64,000 nt of DNA from Chloroflexota bacterium (GCA_016210565.1 JACQUA010000300.1:264-64263); one strand, 5' to 3'; shown: positions 10,011-20,171, numbered from the stretch's first letter. The notes: generated from the sequence alone by a model not told the origin. Numbers and translations: made by a program.

Positions 10011-10073
10011 GGTAATAGCTGACTGCTCATTGCTGTAAGCTGACTGCTGTAAGCTGATAGCTGACTGCTCCTC

Positions 10074-11072
10074 CTAAAACCGCGCGCTGGCCTGAATGCG
10101 GTCCCAGTTCCGGGAGAACCAGCTCGCAACCTGTTCCAGTCCGGAGTGGATGTCCGTTTTAGGCTGGTAGCCCAGGACTCTGCGTGCTTTGTCAATGGAA
10201 GCCCTGCGGCGGGTCACTTTGTCCCAGGCGCGGCGCGGAACGGCTTGAATACCGGCGGGATTGCCGCAAATCCGGTTTATCCTGTCAGCCAGGTCCATCA
10301 CGCTGGTTTCCTTCTCCGAAGCCATATTGAAGACATCACCGATGGCTTCCGGTGTAGCGCCGAGGCGCATGAGACCATCAACGGCGTCCCCCACATAGAC
10401 AAAGTCCCTGGTCTCTTCTCCGGTCCCCATGACAGGCAGGCTTTTCCGCTGACGTGCCCAGTACATGAAGTTGGCGATGACGTTGCGGTATTTTCCGGGC
10501 GTCTCGCCGGGCCCGTAGACATTGAACAGGCGCGCCCGGACTACCGGCAATTTGTAGTAGTTGAAGAAGTAATTGCAGTAGAGTTCGCCGAGAAGCTTCG
10601 TAATCTGGTAGGGCGTATCCAGGTTGATGGAAACGAAATCTTCGCGCAGGGGCAAGGGGGCCTGGCTGCCGTAGACGGAGCATCCGGAGGAGGCGAAGAC
10701 AAATCTGGAGACCCGCGCCAGCCGGGAATGGTCCAGCAGCTTCAGGGTCCCCAGACCGTTCACTTCCAGGTCAGCCTCCGGGTGGTCCACTGAGTTCTGG
10801 TTGGCAAAATGGGCGGCCAGGTGGAACACGAAGTTGGGCCTTTCCGAGAAAACCTGTTTCAGGACTTCTCCGTCAGTGACAGTGCCCTGGACGAAGACGA
10901 TGTTTGACGCCCCGGGCACGTTCCACCGGGCCCCGGAGGAGAGGTCATCCAGGACCACGACCCGGCCGGCTCCGGCGTCGAGCAGGGCCGTAGTGAGATT
11001 ACTACCGATCGCCCCGGCCCCTCCCGTGACCAGGACTCGCTTGCCCTGATAGGCGCTCAGGTAGCTATTCAC
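10074..11072 (-). CDS. NAD-dependent epimerase/dehydratase (extended SDR; UDP-glucuronate decarboxylase-like)
   Basis: 332 aa with GKRVLVTGGAGAIGSNL and YxxxK (YQITK). It uses a GTG start that overlaps the upstream gene's stop as GTGA. Confidence 0.8.
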   Translation of the reverse strand: MNSYLSAYQGKRVLVTGGAGAIGSNLTTALLDAGAGRVVVLDDLSSGARWNVPGASNIVFVQGTVTDGEVLKQVFSERPNFVFHLAAHFANQNSVDHPEADLEVNGLGTLKLLDHSRLARVSRFVFASSGCSVYGSQAPLPLREDFVSINLDTPYQITKLLGELYCNYFFNYYKLPVVRARLFNVYGPGETPGKYRNVIANFMYWARQRKSLPVMGTGEETRDFVYVGDAVDGLMRLGATPEAIGDVFNMASEKETSVMDLADRINRICGNPAGIQAVPRRAWDKVTRRRASIDKARRVLGYQPKTDIHSGLEQVASWFSRNWDRIQASARF

Positions 11073-11953
11073 CTGCTGCCGGTCTTCCCCTGGCGGACCA
11101 GCCGGGTGATTTCATGGACGAAGTTCTCCAGAGCTAACACCTTTTCCGGCATCTCCCGGAATATCTTCTGGTGGTCGATCTGCCAGTACAGGTGGACGAG
11201 TAGATTGCGAAAATGGGCGAGGTCCACCATTTTCGGGGCGAGGCCCGGCGAGATAACCCGGGCCTTGCCGAGGATGGTAAATATGGTGCCGTAATCCTGG
11301 GGCTTTTCGAGGTGCAGCCTCGCTATCAGATGGTTGCCGATGTTTATGCAACTGTCGACGGCTCTTTGGAAGGCCCTTTCTACTATTCTCTGAGCGCCGC
11401 CATCGCTGATGTAGTCCTGTTCTTTCAACGAGGTCGCAGACTTCAGATAGCCCATCTCTTCCTGAATGAGCCGGAGTTGGAACTCAACTTTTTCGATGTC
11501 GACAGTCATGCCATCTCGTTTTCCGCCAGCTTCAAAGTGAAGGGTCACGGTGGTCGCCGGGCGCGCCGCATCGGGATTCTGCGTGATGAGGTTTGCTTTG
11601 AAGCTGGCCAGTCTCTCCGGGTTTCCAAGGGCGAGGACTTTGCCTTCCGACAGCACGCGGAAGGCAAAGCGAGGGGGCGCCTGAGCGAGGTCTATCAGGG
11701 TTATGTTGTCGCTCCTCACCCGCCGGCTAATGTTGACATAAATATCGACATCGATCTTGTTTCTATCTTCGGGGGTTAAGCCGTCTTCGAGAAGATAGGC
11801 CAGGTCGATGTCGCTCAGGGGCGTGTGTTCACCCCGAGCGCGGGAGCCAAACAGGATCAGGGCTGCGATAGGCCGGTACGAGGCCGTCCACTCAGCCAGA
11901 TCCCTGACGATCCTGGTCTGGGACGTTTTGATTCTTTCCGACTTTAGCGTCAT
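11069..11953 (-). CDS. fused minimal nucleotidyltransferase (MNT) - HepT/DUF86 HEPN protein
   Basis: The N-terminus carries LFGSRARGEHTPLSDIDLAYLL (GSx..D.D nucleotidyltransferase motif). The C-terminus carries FRNLLVHLYWQIDHQKIF (the RX4HXY motif of DUF86/HepT). Both lie in one 294-aa ORF. Confidence 0.75.
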   Translation of the reverse strand: MTLKSERIKTSQTRIVRDLAEWTASYRPIAALILFGSRARGEHTPLSDIDLAYLLEDGLTPEDRNKIDVDIYVNISRRVRSDNITLIDLAQAPPRFAFRVLSEGKVLALGNPERLASFKANLITQNPDAARPATTVTLHFEAGGKRDGMTVDIEKVEFQLRLIQEEMGYLKSATSLKEQDYISDGGAQRIVERAFQRAVDSCINIGNHLIARLHLEKPQDYGTIFTILGKARVISPGLAPKMVDLAHFRNLLVHLYWQIDHQKIFREMPEKVLALENFVHEITRLVRQGKTGSR

Positions 11954-12152
11954 GTGGGTTCGCTGAGACTAGAACGGCCAACAAATAGCTCGAACAATTA
12001 ACCACCAGATTGACACAAGTTTGTCACGAGATTTGCCTGCCTAACAGTGTCCCTGATCTAAGTCCGGTGTTCGTCTGGTGAAATCTTGTGGTTCCGATTG
12101 CGAAAGTGGACGCCGGGTTTCTTTGAGGCAGGCCCTGGCCTTGTTCAGCCCG

Positions 12153-12176
12153 CACAGGCACGGAGGCCTGTGGTAC
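12153..12176. repeat. GTAC-headed hairpin (CACAGGC family)
   Basis: The sequence is CACAGGCACGGAGGCCTGTGGTAC. Confidence 0.8.
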
Positions 12177-12195
12177 ATGGTGCTGGACATGCCAG

Positions 12196-13407
12196 CTACT
12201 TGCTACTTGCTACTTGGTGCTTCTTCTGCGCAATTGTCTCTTTTAGTATCTGCTCGAAACCGTCGGTCACTTTTGCCCAGCTAAGCCGCTCGGCGAACTG
12301 CCGGGCCTTTTTGCCCAGAGTCGCCGCGGAGCCATCACGGACCAGTTCGACGGCCCGGGCAAGCACGTCTTCCGGTCTGTCAACGTAGACTACCCCGTTA
12401 TTATCACCGAACTCCCTCATGACTCCGGGGAGCCTGGTGGAGACGACGGGTTTGGCCATGGCCATGTACTCGTATAGTTTTATCGGCACGATAGTCCTCA
12501 TTATATCATTGTTGTATGCGGGCAAAACGCAGACATCGGCCATGGCCACGTGAGCCGGAATTTCATCGTACGGCTTCTTGCCGGTCAGCACCATGAATCC
12601 GTTCAGGTTGTATTTCTCCTTTAGCTCGTTGAGTTCGTCGTAAGCGTCGCCTTCGCCCACGATGAGCAACTTGACCTTCGGGTCCTGCAGCCTGGAGAGA
12701 GCGAGGGCCGTTTCCTTAAGTCCGGAGAAATGATAGAGCCAGCCCATGAAGAAGATGACCAGGTCGTCGCCGGACAGTCCGTACTTTTCTCTCTGTGGAT
12801 GGTTGTTCAGCGACAGGTCGAAGCGCTCCAGCTCGATGCCGGCCCTTACCACCCGAATCTTCTCCGGGGGACATCCCATGCCGATGACATAGTCCCTGAG
12901 CTCGTCATTGATGGCGAGGACCGTATCGGCCATCTTGATGCTCCGCCGCTCTATGAGCCAGCCCAGAGGCCGGAGGAATTTGAAAGGGATCAGCCGGTGA
13001 ATGACGTCGATCCAGTAGAAAACGAATGGCAGCCGGTGCTTCTCCGCAGCCTTTCCGGCGAGGTAACTGACCATGCCGGGGCTGACGATGATATCCGGGG
13101 CGAACTCCTTTATCTGCCGGTCTATCTCCTTTTTCTGGGAGTAGAAAAGGGACAGGTAGTCCAGCAGCGGGACCTTTATTATCGGGGGGCGAATGACGGT
13201 TACCCTGGCGCCCCGGTGGGCTTTGGACACGTTCTCGAATACCTGGCGCCGCGACTTGAACTCCCTGGTGCCCTGGGACCGCCAGAGGAGCTCGAAGTCG
13301 ATGACCCGGATCTCGTGCCCCCTGAGGGACAGCATTTCGGCCAGGTGGTGCTGCTGCGCCGGGTTGCGCTTCAGCCAGTCGGTGTTCTGGGCGAGAAGGA
13401 TCTTCAT
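12196..13407 (-). CDS. glycosyltransferase family 4
   Basis: 403 aa with a GT-B C-terminal region (VCVLPAYNNDIMRTIVPIKLYEYMAMAKPVV). The last codons VASSK plus stop lie in a GTAGCAA x3 heptamer array, with plus-strand cta at 12196, 12203 and 12210. Confidence 0.8.
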   Translation of the reverse strand: MKILLAQNTDWLKRNPAQQHHLAEMLSLRGHEIRVIDFELLWRSQGTREFKSRRQVFENVSKAHRGARVTVIRPPIIKVPLLDYLSLFYSQKKEIDRQIKEFAPDIIVSPGMVSYLAGKAAEKHRLPFVFYWIDVIHRLIPFKFLRPLGWLIERRSIKMADTVLAINDELRDYVIGMGCPPEKIRVVRAGIELERFDLSLNNHPQREKYGLSGDDLVIFFMGWLYHFSGLKETALALSRLQDPKVKLLIVGEGDAYDELNELKEKYNLNGFMVLTGKKPYDEIPAHVAMADVCVLPAYNNDIMRTIVPIKLYEYMAMAKPVVSTRLPGVMREFGDNNGVVYVDRPEDVLARAVELVRDGSAATLGKKARQFAERLSWAKVTDGFEQILKETIAQKKHQVASSK

Positions 13408-13453
13408 CGCAGGTATCTACGTTGAATGTGAATCATCGAGAGCCGGGCGCAAG

Positions 13454-13703
13454 TTAAACCACGAATGGACACGAATGAACACGAAAAGGAGAGGCAACTT
13501 AGCCATTCTTTGTGGTTAACTTAATCACGATACGCTTTCATGAACGGAACCACAAGATTTCACCAGATGAACACCAGGTTTAGATAATAGATAAAAAGAT
13601 TGGGTAAGCGAATCTGGTGAAAATCTTGTGTTAATCTCGTGGTTTGCTGCTTAACCTGTTGAGGACGGTTCGTTAGTGTCCATTCGTGTTAATTCGTGGT
13701 TAA
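13454..13703. mobile_element. MITE-like element with ACGAAT-rich inverted arms
   Basis: The left arm is TTAAACCACGAATGGACACGAATGAACACGAA (13454-13484). The right arm is GTGTCCATTCGTGTTAATTCGTGGTTAA (13676-13703). An inner inverted pair CCACAAGATTTCACCAG / CTGGTGAAAATCTTGTG is present, and no ORF. Confidence 0.6.
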
Positions 13704-13732
13704 GGTTACAGAACATGGCGCGGACTTGGCAG

Positions 13733-14815
13733 CTAGGCGATATCTATATCCGCGAAGGTCAGGAACCAGTTCCGGTGATCATAGACGATCTCGGGCTGCA
13801 GGGTGGCCGGCTTGACCTGGACCCCGAAGTAGAACCGCTTGGGGCTGAACTTGTTGGGGAGGGCCAGAAAGCCTGCCTTTTGCAGCGCCCTGAAGTAGTT
13901 CACATGTCTCAACATGAGGCACCCGATGGCATCCAGTTGCTGTTCTCTGAAATGCGCCAGGGCGGCGGCAACCAACCCGGGGGCAATGTCCCCTTCGGAC
14001 AGGGTTAACATGTCTACGATGAGGCCCAGGCGCAGGTTAAACATTTCGTCGTTTTTGAGGACGATGTAGCCCGCCAGTTTACCTTGCCGCCGCGCTGTCA
14101 AAACGGTGTATTTTTCGCCGGGCCTGGAAAACCGCCAGGATAGGAAGGCCCGGTCTCTCACCAGGCCGATAGTGTAGGCCCCCGAGGCCTCCTGCCAGAG
14201 CGTGTCGAAATCGTCTCCGAAGGAACTAGCCCTTTCGATGGTCAGGTCCCCCGGCCGGGGGCGCCGCTCCCTGGCGAAAAGCGCCCACACGATTCTGGCG
14301 CCGAGGTTGAGAAAAGGCCGGAGCAGGGGACTGTAGTGGCGGCATATCCGGGGAATGCTGATCGGTTTGACCAGAAGCGGGATGATGCAGACGGGTCCCC
14401 AGTTGGGACGGGTCCGGGAGTAGACCTTGTAGGCCACCTCGTTGGGAAAGCCCAGCAGGACGGGCACTCCCTTCTTTTCCATCAGCTCGAAACCCTCGCT
14501 GGCCATGGCGGCGGCTATTCCATAACGGCGGAACTCGGGATGTACCATTACTTCCACCCCCAGCCCTGCCAGGAAGGTTTCCCCGGCCGCCTTCAGTCGC
14601 TCGATGATGAAGGCCCGCAGGCCGACCACCTGGCCGGCGCCATCGACCACGAAAATCCTGGCGGACCTTACCGGTCCGGTCTCGAACTTCCAGCGCCAGA
14701 GCTCCTCGTCGAAGGTCATCCCGTCAACGACCTTCTTCAGGGCGAAGACGCCGGGTTTGTCCGAAGGCTGGTATTCCCTCACTGCCGGGACGAGCTTTGT
14801 TGTTTGCCAGTCCAT
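13733..14815 (-). CDS. GNAT-family acetyltransferase (two-lobed, ~360 aa)
   Basis: The acetyl-CoA binding region is VMVHPEFRRYGIAAAMASEGFELMEKKG. Confidence 0.65.
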   Translation of the reverse strand: MDWQTTKLVPAVREYQPSDKPGVFALKKVVDGMTFDEELWRWKFETGPVRSARIFVVDGAGQVVGLRAFIIERLKAAGETFLAGLGVEVMVHPEFRRYGIAAAMASEGFELMEKKGVPVLLGFPNEVAYKVYSRTRPNWGPVCIIPLLVKPISIPRICRHYSPLLRPFLNLGARIVWALFARERRPRPGDLTIERASSFGDDFDTLWQEASGAYTIGLVRDRAFLSWRFSRPGEKYTVLTARRQGKLAGYIVLKNDEMFNLRLGLIVDMLTLSEGDIAPGLVAAALAHFREQQLDAIGCLMLRHVNYFRALQKAGFLALPNKFSPKRFYFGVQVKPATLQPEIVYDHRNWFLTFADIDIA

Positions 14816-14899
14816 TTCAATCTATCCATTTTACGGTTATTGGCTTGGGATCCACTTTCCCCCGCCCCCGCCCCGATGTATCGGGGCGGCTACGCCTTG

Positions 14900-15775
14900 T
14901 CATTTCTTGTTCCACGTCTCTCTTATGCCTTCGTAAACGCGGTCCAACCGGGTGAAGGCATAATCTTTCCGTTTGAGAATGCCGATCACGGTTGCCAGAA
15001 GAGAAAGACCATCTCGCGTTGGGTCCTTGTAGATTCTATTGAATACGTACCGGTAGAGCGGGGAAAAAGGCCGGCAGTCAATCTTGGCCGCCGCTTTCAG
15101 CGGGAACAGGTCATGAAGATGGGCTGCCACTATTACCAGGCCCGGCAACGCCGCGTGTTTCAGGAAAGACAGATAGATCTTTCCCAGCAACTTGATGTAG
15201 CTAATGCCCAGGGGAATCCGCAGAGGGGAGACCACGGAAAACGGGAATTCGACCAGCTTGTAGTCAGGGAGATAGTAAGGGGCTGCCGGCGTGCGGAAGT
15301 TGCTGAAGGTTCCGGGCCTCACCGAAGGTGAAACGCTGGAATCGAATTTGAAATTGTTTGAGGCCAGGGCTTCGTAGCCTTCGGCGGTGATGACGGCCAA
15401 AGGGGCGCGGTAGCCGGAAGGGTCTTTGCCAAAGAAGTTCCTGTAGATCTCCCGGCCTTTCTCTATTTCGAACCTGGTCTTGCTTCGGGAAGGATGGGGG
15501 TGGGAATACGAATGCAATTCGAAGTCCACGTCCAGCGATGACAGCTTCCGTATTTGGGCCGGGTGTGTTTCCAGGAGGGATCCCTGGATAAAACAGGTGA
15601 CGGGTATTCTCTGTTCCCCGAGGAACTTGGCCAGGTCACCTAGATGACCGAGGCCCTCATAACTGGGTTCAGCCAGGAGATCGCCGTAGTCCTGTTCGAT
15701 GTCCAGCGTGACACAGGCGCGCCTGGGTCCGGTGAGGCCGGTCAGTTTGGCAATCCGTGGATGCGTTGCAGACAT
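14900..15775 (-). CDS. polysaccharide deacetylase (CE4 / NodB-like)
   Basis: 291 aa with VTLDIEQDYG (Asp motif) and ELHSYSHPHP (His motif). Confidence 0.7.
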   Translation of the reverse strand: MSATHPRIAKLTGLTGPRRACVTLDIEQDYGDLLAEPSYEGLGHLGDLAKFLGEQRIPVTCFIQGSLLETHPAQIRKLSSLDVDFELHSYSHPHPSRSKTRFEIEKGREIYRNFFGKDPSGYRAPLAVITAEGYEALASNNFKFDSSVSPSVRPGTFSNFRTPAAPYYLPDYKLVEFPFSVVSPLRIPLGISYIKLLGKIYLSFLKHAALPGLVIVAAHLHDLFPLKAAAKIDCRPFSPLYRYVFNRIYKDPTRDGLSLLATVIGILKRKDYAFTRLDRVYEGIRETWNKK

Positions 15776-15804
15776 AGTGGGTCGGGAGTCACTACGCGAA
15801 AAGT

Positions 15805-15922
15805 GGAACCACGAATGGACACGAATAGTTGTGAAAGCTCATTGAATCTAATCGGGGACGTCATTCGTCATTCTGGCCCGGTTTGTTCTGGTTGGTGTTC
15901 ATTCGTATTAATTCGTGGTTCC
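15805..15922. mobile_element. MITE-like element, same ACGAAT-arm family as 13454-13703
   Basis: The arms are GGAACCACGAATGGACACGAATAG (15805-15828) and GGTGTTCATTCGTATTAATTCGTGGTTCC (15893-15922). Confidence 0.6.
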
Positions 15923-15940
15923 CTTCATTGTCCCCCGGTT

Positions 15941-16984
15941 TCATTCGACCAGCCGGGCCTGGAGCGAGGCCCCGTCGATTCCCTTCAGGGCCTCGGCGCT
16001 GAAATAAAGTGAGTCCTGGGATTGGCCATGCGGGAAGAAGACCCTCCCGAAGCCGAGAACATAAGGCCAGTCGTCCTTTTCCCAGCTTGCCAGGTCCTCC
16101 CAGTGGACTCCGTCCCTGGACCCATATATGTGGGCCTTGTTGTCCCAGGCGGCGCTGCTGCCTTCGCTTTTGCCTTCGGCGGAGATGGCGAACAGCATGG
16201 TCCCATTCTGGAACGCCACAGAGTAGTGCACGGGACCAGGCACCGCGGCGAGTCTTTCGACTTTCCCCGTCTTGCGGTCATACCTGTAGAGATAGTTCTG
16301 CAGGGTCGGCGCATCGGTCCCCCAGTAGACGTGGTCTTCCGTGAAGAGGAGGCTGACGGCCCGGAACATCTGGTCTCCCGAACCTATCTTGCTCCATGTT
16401 TGTCCTTCGTCTTCGGTAAAGAAGATGGCAGACTCACTGTCCCGGTCGCCGGTGCCGAGCCAGACGCTTTTCGAATAGGCGTCGTACTGCACGCAGTGGA
16501 TATGCCGGACTCCAGGGAAGGAAGAGACCGGCGCCCACGTCTGCCCGTCATCAGCGGACTTGCTTACGGTTACGGGGAGGTTCCTCCGGAGGTTAAGGAA
16601 GTACTCGCTCAGGTAGACGTTGCCCTTTTCGTCTTCGCACCACCCTTCACGGAGAGGGCCGAAGCCGTGGCTGAAGGAATGGACGGGCGCTATTTCGCCC
16701 CCTCGAAGGCGGAACATTCCCTTGTTGGCTATCGCCAGGACTGTCCCGCTTCTCAGTATCTTGAGACCGCGGATGCCCAGCCGCAGTCCCCGCCGGAGCA
16801 GGCGACATCGCGTCATCAGCCTGCCAGTCAGAGGACAGGGTGTTTCAGCCACAGGGCTAAGATTGCTGAGGCCGCCTTCCCCGCGGTAAATAGTGTATCG
16901 GGACGAGGCCCATACCTCTTTCCCGCGGATATGATGGACCAGCAGGTCGGGCACAGTTTTGTCAACCACAAGCTTCAAAGCCAT
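15941..16984 (-). CDS. BNR/Asp-box repeat protein (sialidase-like beta-propeller)
   Basis: There are three Asp-box-like motifs: SADDGQTW, TEDEGQTW and SRDGVHW. No signal peptide is evident. Confidence 0.65.
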   Translation of the reverse strand: MALKLVVDKTVPDLLVHHIRGKEVWASSRYTIYRGEGGLSNLSPVAETPCPLTGRLMTRCRLLRRGLRLGIRGLKILRSGTVLAIANKGMFRLRGGEIAPVHSFSHGFGPLREGWCEDEKGNVYLSEYFLNLRRNLPVTVSKSADDGQTWAPVSSFPGVRHIHCVQYDAYSKSVWLGTGDRDSESAIFFTEDEGQTWSKIGSGDQMFRAVSLLFTEDHVYWGTDAPTLQNYLYRYDRKTGKVERLAAVPGPVHYSVAFQNGTMLFAISAEGKSEGSSAAWDNKAHIYGSRDGVHWEDLASWEKDDWPYVLGFGRVFFPHGQSQDSLYFSAEALKGIDGASLQARLVE

Positions 16985-16991
16985 GAGCAGT

Positions 16992-17010
16992 CTAAGCAGT
17001 CAAGCAGTCA
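16992..17010 (-). repeat. octamer array giving stops in all three frames just upstream of a start codon
   Basis: The minus strand reads TGACTGCT TGACTGCT TAGACTGC. Stops fall at 17010-17008, 17002-17000 and 16994-16992. The array ends 7 nt before the BNR ATG (16984). Confidence 0.75.
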
Positions 17011-17219
17011 AGCAGTCCCCGGTCAGCCACGGAGCGTCATTGCGAATCCCGATTGCGTCGGGGCGAAGCAATCCCCTGGCATGCCGGCCAGGATGTATGG
17101 CACTTGCCGGTCGGCCTTCGTGGAAGGATCTTGAATTTGCAATCTGTAACGTTCAATCGCTTCGCCGTCTCGGTCTCCCCGCCCGGCAAGGCTAAAGCCA
17201 TGGGCTACACCCCTCGAGG

Positions 17220-18440
17220 CTACGCCCCGCCGGGATATTGATAAAACCTCAGTATGCGAGGGTGCCGCATGGCCTTCTTTATGGCGGCCTCGTCCCGGGC
17301 GAGCTCCTCCTTGATGACACGGTGCTCAACCAGGGCCACCAGGCAGTCGGCGTCTCTGGCCAGCTCTTTGATCGGACCCCACCGGTAGTTCCGGGCCAGC
17401 GGATCATAGGGTTGCACCTGGTATCCATCCTGTACCAGCAGATCGATGATCTTGAGGGCGGGGCTGTTCCGCATGTCGTAGGTATCCGGCTTGTAGGTTA
17501 CTCCCAGGGCCACGATTCGAGGGGAAGGGATTTCCCGCAGGGCGTGCCGGATCTTGGCGGCAATCTTGAATGGTATCTCGTCGTTGATCAGCCGGGCGGT
17601 GTAGATGAGCCGGGAGTTCACCGGATCTACCTGCTTGATGAGCCACGGGTCCTTGGGGATGCAGTGGCCCCCCGTGCCGATGCCGGGCTGCAGGATGTTG
17701 ACGCGGGGATGTTTATTTGCCAGTCCGATGGCGTGCATGATATCGACGCCGAGGCCGTCGGCCACGGCCGCGAACTCGTTGGCCAGGGCGATGTTCACGT
17801 CCCGGTAGGTGTTTTCCATCAGCTTGGCCAGTTCGGCGCTGATGTCATCGGTGATGTACAGTTTCCCTTCGACAAAAGATGAATAGACCTCCCTGGCCAT
17901 ATCCGCGGACCGGGGGTCGACGCCGCCGATGAGACGGTCATTGTAAACTATTTCTTTGAAGGTGTCGCCGGGCAGTATCCTCTCTGGGCAGTGGCAGAGG
18001 AAAATGTCCTGGCCGACTTTGAGGCCGGACTGTTCGATAATGGGGGCGACCACCTGCCGGCAGGTCAGCGGAGGGACCGTACTCTCTATGATGACCAGGT
18101 TCCCGCGGCGCAAGAAAGGTATGATGGACTTGAGTCCTTCGACGACATAGGAAAGATCGGCTATCCGCTTTTTGTCTTCGAGGGGTGTAGGCACCGAGAT
18201 GATGAACACGTCGGCCTCGCAGGGCACCCTCTGGCCGCGCAGGTTCTTCCTGACATCGGTTTCCTGGAACACCTTCCTGACGTCTTCTTCGGCGAAGGGT
18301 AGCACGCCCTCGTTGATGGCGTTGACGACGTTCTCCTCGATATCGACGCCGATGACCTGATGGCCGGCGCGGGCCAGCATTATGGCCAGCGGCAGACCGA
18401 CGTAGCCGGTGCCGATGACCACGATCTTCTTGTTAGCCAC
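17220..18440 (-). CDS. wecC: UDP-N-acetyl-D-mannosamine dehydrogenase-like nucleotide-sugar dehydrogenase
   Basis: 406 aa with KIVVIGTGYVGLPLA and CPERILPG...NDRLIGG, typical of the WecC/Cap5O clade. A wecB gene lies nearby. The last codons GGA plus TAG sit in a GGGGCGTAGCC repeat head. Confidence 0.7.
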   Translation of the reverse strand: MANKKIVVIGTGYVGLPLAIMLARAGHQVIGVDIEENVVNAINEGVLPFAEEDVRKVFQETDVRKNLRGQRVPCEADVFIISVPTPLEDKKRIADLSYVVEGLKSIIPFLRRGNLVIIESTVPPLTCRQVVAPIIEQSGLKVGQDIFLCHCPERILPGDTFKEIVYNDRLIGGVDPRSADMAREVYSSFVEGKLYITDDISAELAKLMENTYRDVNIALANEFAAVADGLGVDIMHAIGLANKHPRVNILQPGIGTGGHCIPKDPWLIKQVDPVNSRLIYTARLINDEIPFKIAAKIRHALREIPSPRIVALGVTYKPDTYDMRNSPALKIIDLLVQDGYQVQPYDPLARNYRWGPIKELARDADCLVALVEHRVIKEELARDEAAIKKAMRHPRILRFYQYPGGA

Positions 18441-19350
18441 AGTGGTAGACCTCCTTTTGCCAGGTGATGGTCCTGGCGATGCCCTCCTCCAGGGGTACCG
18501 TGCTCCGGTGTCCCAAGTCCCGGGCGGCCTTTGCAGCGTCCACCTTTTTGTCCAGTGTGGTGGCCCCCTGCAGGTCCCGGTATTCCACCAGGCGGTCGTC
18601 CTTGCCCAGCAAGCGGAGGATGATGTCAGACGCCTGTTTCATATTGTGCAGGTCGCTGCCGGCGATATTGTAAACCTCGCCTGGTTTGAATCTCTCAGCG
18701 ATATTGGCCAGGGTCCTGACCGTATCGTCGATGTAGGACGAGGTGCGGGTGTGCCCGGTGTAAACGACGTACGGCATATTGTGGAGGGCGCGGAATATGA
18801 AAAGGCAGATGGCGCTGCGGTATTCGGAATAGTACTCGCCGGGGCCGTAGGTGTTGAAAAGCCTGACACGCACCGTTTCGGTGCCAAACATATCGGCGGA
18901 GTTCAGTATCTGCATCTCGTTCACCCACTTGGTCATGGCATAGTCGTTCATCTGGCGAACGGCGGCCTTCTCCATGACGTCTTCGGTCATGACGCCCCGG
19001 TAGTCCCCGTAGACCTCCGAGCTGCTGGTGAATATCATCTTGAACTTGAGGCGCTCCTGCATCCGGAGCATGTTCTTGACGCCGATGGCGTTGGTCTTCC
19101 AGAGCGTCTCGTAGAAGTCCTCGCCGTTGTAGCGGCCAAACTCCGCGGCCAGGTGGTAGACGTACTCAAAGGGCGCCTTGCCGAACAGGTTCTCCACCTG
19201 ATGGAACTCGCCCACGTCACATCTGACGTAGTCTGATTCATGGGAATGCGTCCTGTCGGAAATCCACACCCGGTGTCCCCTGCGCCTTAGCTCCTGGCAC
19301 AGGGGCCTGCCCACCGCCCCCAGCCCGCCGGTTACCAGTACGTTAGTCAC
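18433..19350 (-). CDS. NAD-dependent epimerase/dehydratase (SDR)
   Basis: 305 aa with VLVTGGLGAVGRPL and YAMTK. There is an 8-nt overlap with the start of wecC. Confidence 0.8.
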   Translation of the reverse strand: MTNVLVTGGLGAVGRPLCQELRRRGHRVWISDRTHSHESDYVRCDVGEFHQVENLFGKAPFEYVYHLAAEFGRYNGEDFYETLWKTNAIGVKNMLRMQERLKFKMIFTSSSEVYGDYRGVMTEDVMEKAAVRQMNDYAMTKWVNEMQILNSADMFGTETVRVRLFNTYGPGEYYSEYRSAICLFIFRALHNMPYVVYTGHTRTSSYIDDTVRTLANIAERFKPGEVYNIAGSDLHNMKQASDIILRLLGKDDRLVEYRDLQGATTLDKKVDAAKAARDLGHRSTVPLEEGIARTITWQKEVYHCG

Positions 19351-19721
19351 GATGTCCTCCGTTCATGATATGCGAATAGCGGCCGGTACCGCCCTGAGCA
19401 CCGGGGCGAGGGCCGGAACTCTGACAAGCCCAGAAAGGCTGCAACTTGAGCACAATGGCGCGCCCGGTTGGAACTCCGGCAGACTGGACTCAAATGCAGG
19501 CATGACTTTCGTGGCGGTGTTGGAATTGCCAGGGAATTGCAACAAAAAAGGACGTATCCTCCTCACCCATACCCGTCGCTCGCCTTGTCGAACCTGCGGT
19601 CAATTTATCCGGGATGGTCTTCTTCAGCCCCCGGGGCGCCGGAAAGCTCCCGCGGAGTTGACTTGCGATTACTATCAGAAAGCCATGTCTCCTGCTTATT
19701 TTCAGTGCTTAGTTTACATTA

Positions 19722-20171
19722 TCAGCCTGCGGGTTGTAAAGGCAGACCTGGCTGCCGCAACAGGTTCACGAATGTCTCCGCGTTGATGACCTTGATTTGC
19801 CGGAATTGCCCGAGTTGCAAGAGGTGCTTGTCGCCCGTAACTATGAAATCCGCGTGCGACTCGATGGCACAGGATATGATCTTGTCATCGCCCGGGTCCG
19901 GCGCAACTCCCTCAAGGACCAGCCTCCCTGGCACGGAGGCAGGCACGTGAGAGAGAGTGACGAGAAATGCCTGGATATCCGGCTCTGTCCGGTTGTATTT
20001 TGCCCGGATGCGAGAGAGATGAAGAACACGGTCTATCTCGTCGATGATCTGAAGCGAAGTAATCGGGATGAATTATTCACTTCGCCAATGGGTCTCGATC
20101 TCCCGGGGATAACTCAAGGGGGATATGAAACTGGATACCAGGAGGTTTGTATCGACGACCGCCCTGACCAT
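19722..20171 (-). pseudogene. PIN-domain toxin interrupted by an in-frame TAA
   Basis: Translation runs MVRAVVDTNLLVSSFISPLSYPREIETHWRSE-TAA-FIPITSLQIIDEIDRVL...DFIVTGDKHLL. The stop at 20075-20073 is in the same frame as the downstream 74-aa track ORF. The ATG overlaps the antitoxin stop as TGATG. Confidence 0.7.

Noticed and set aside
10011-10073. The GCTGACTGCTGTAA-type array as a further gene-strand three-frame stop cassette.
   Set aside because: Its stops are on the plus strand, antisense to both flanking minus-strand genes. It does not fit the orientation rule and is only mentioned as a related motif.
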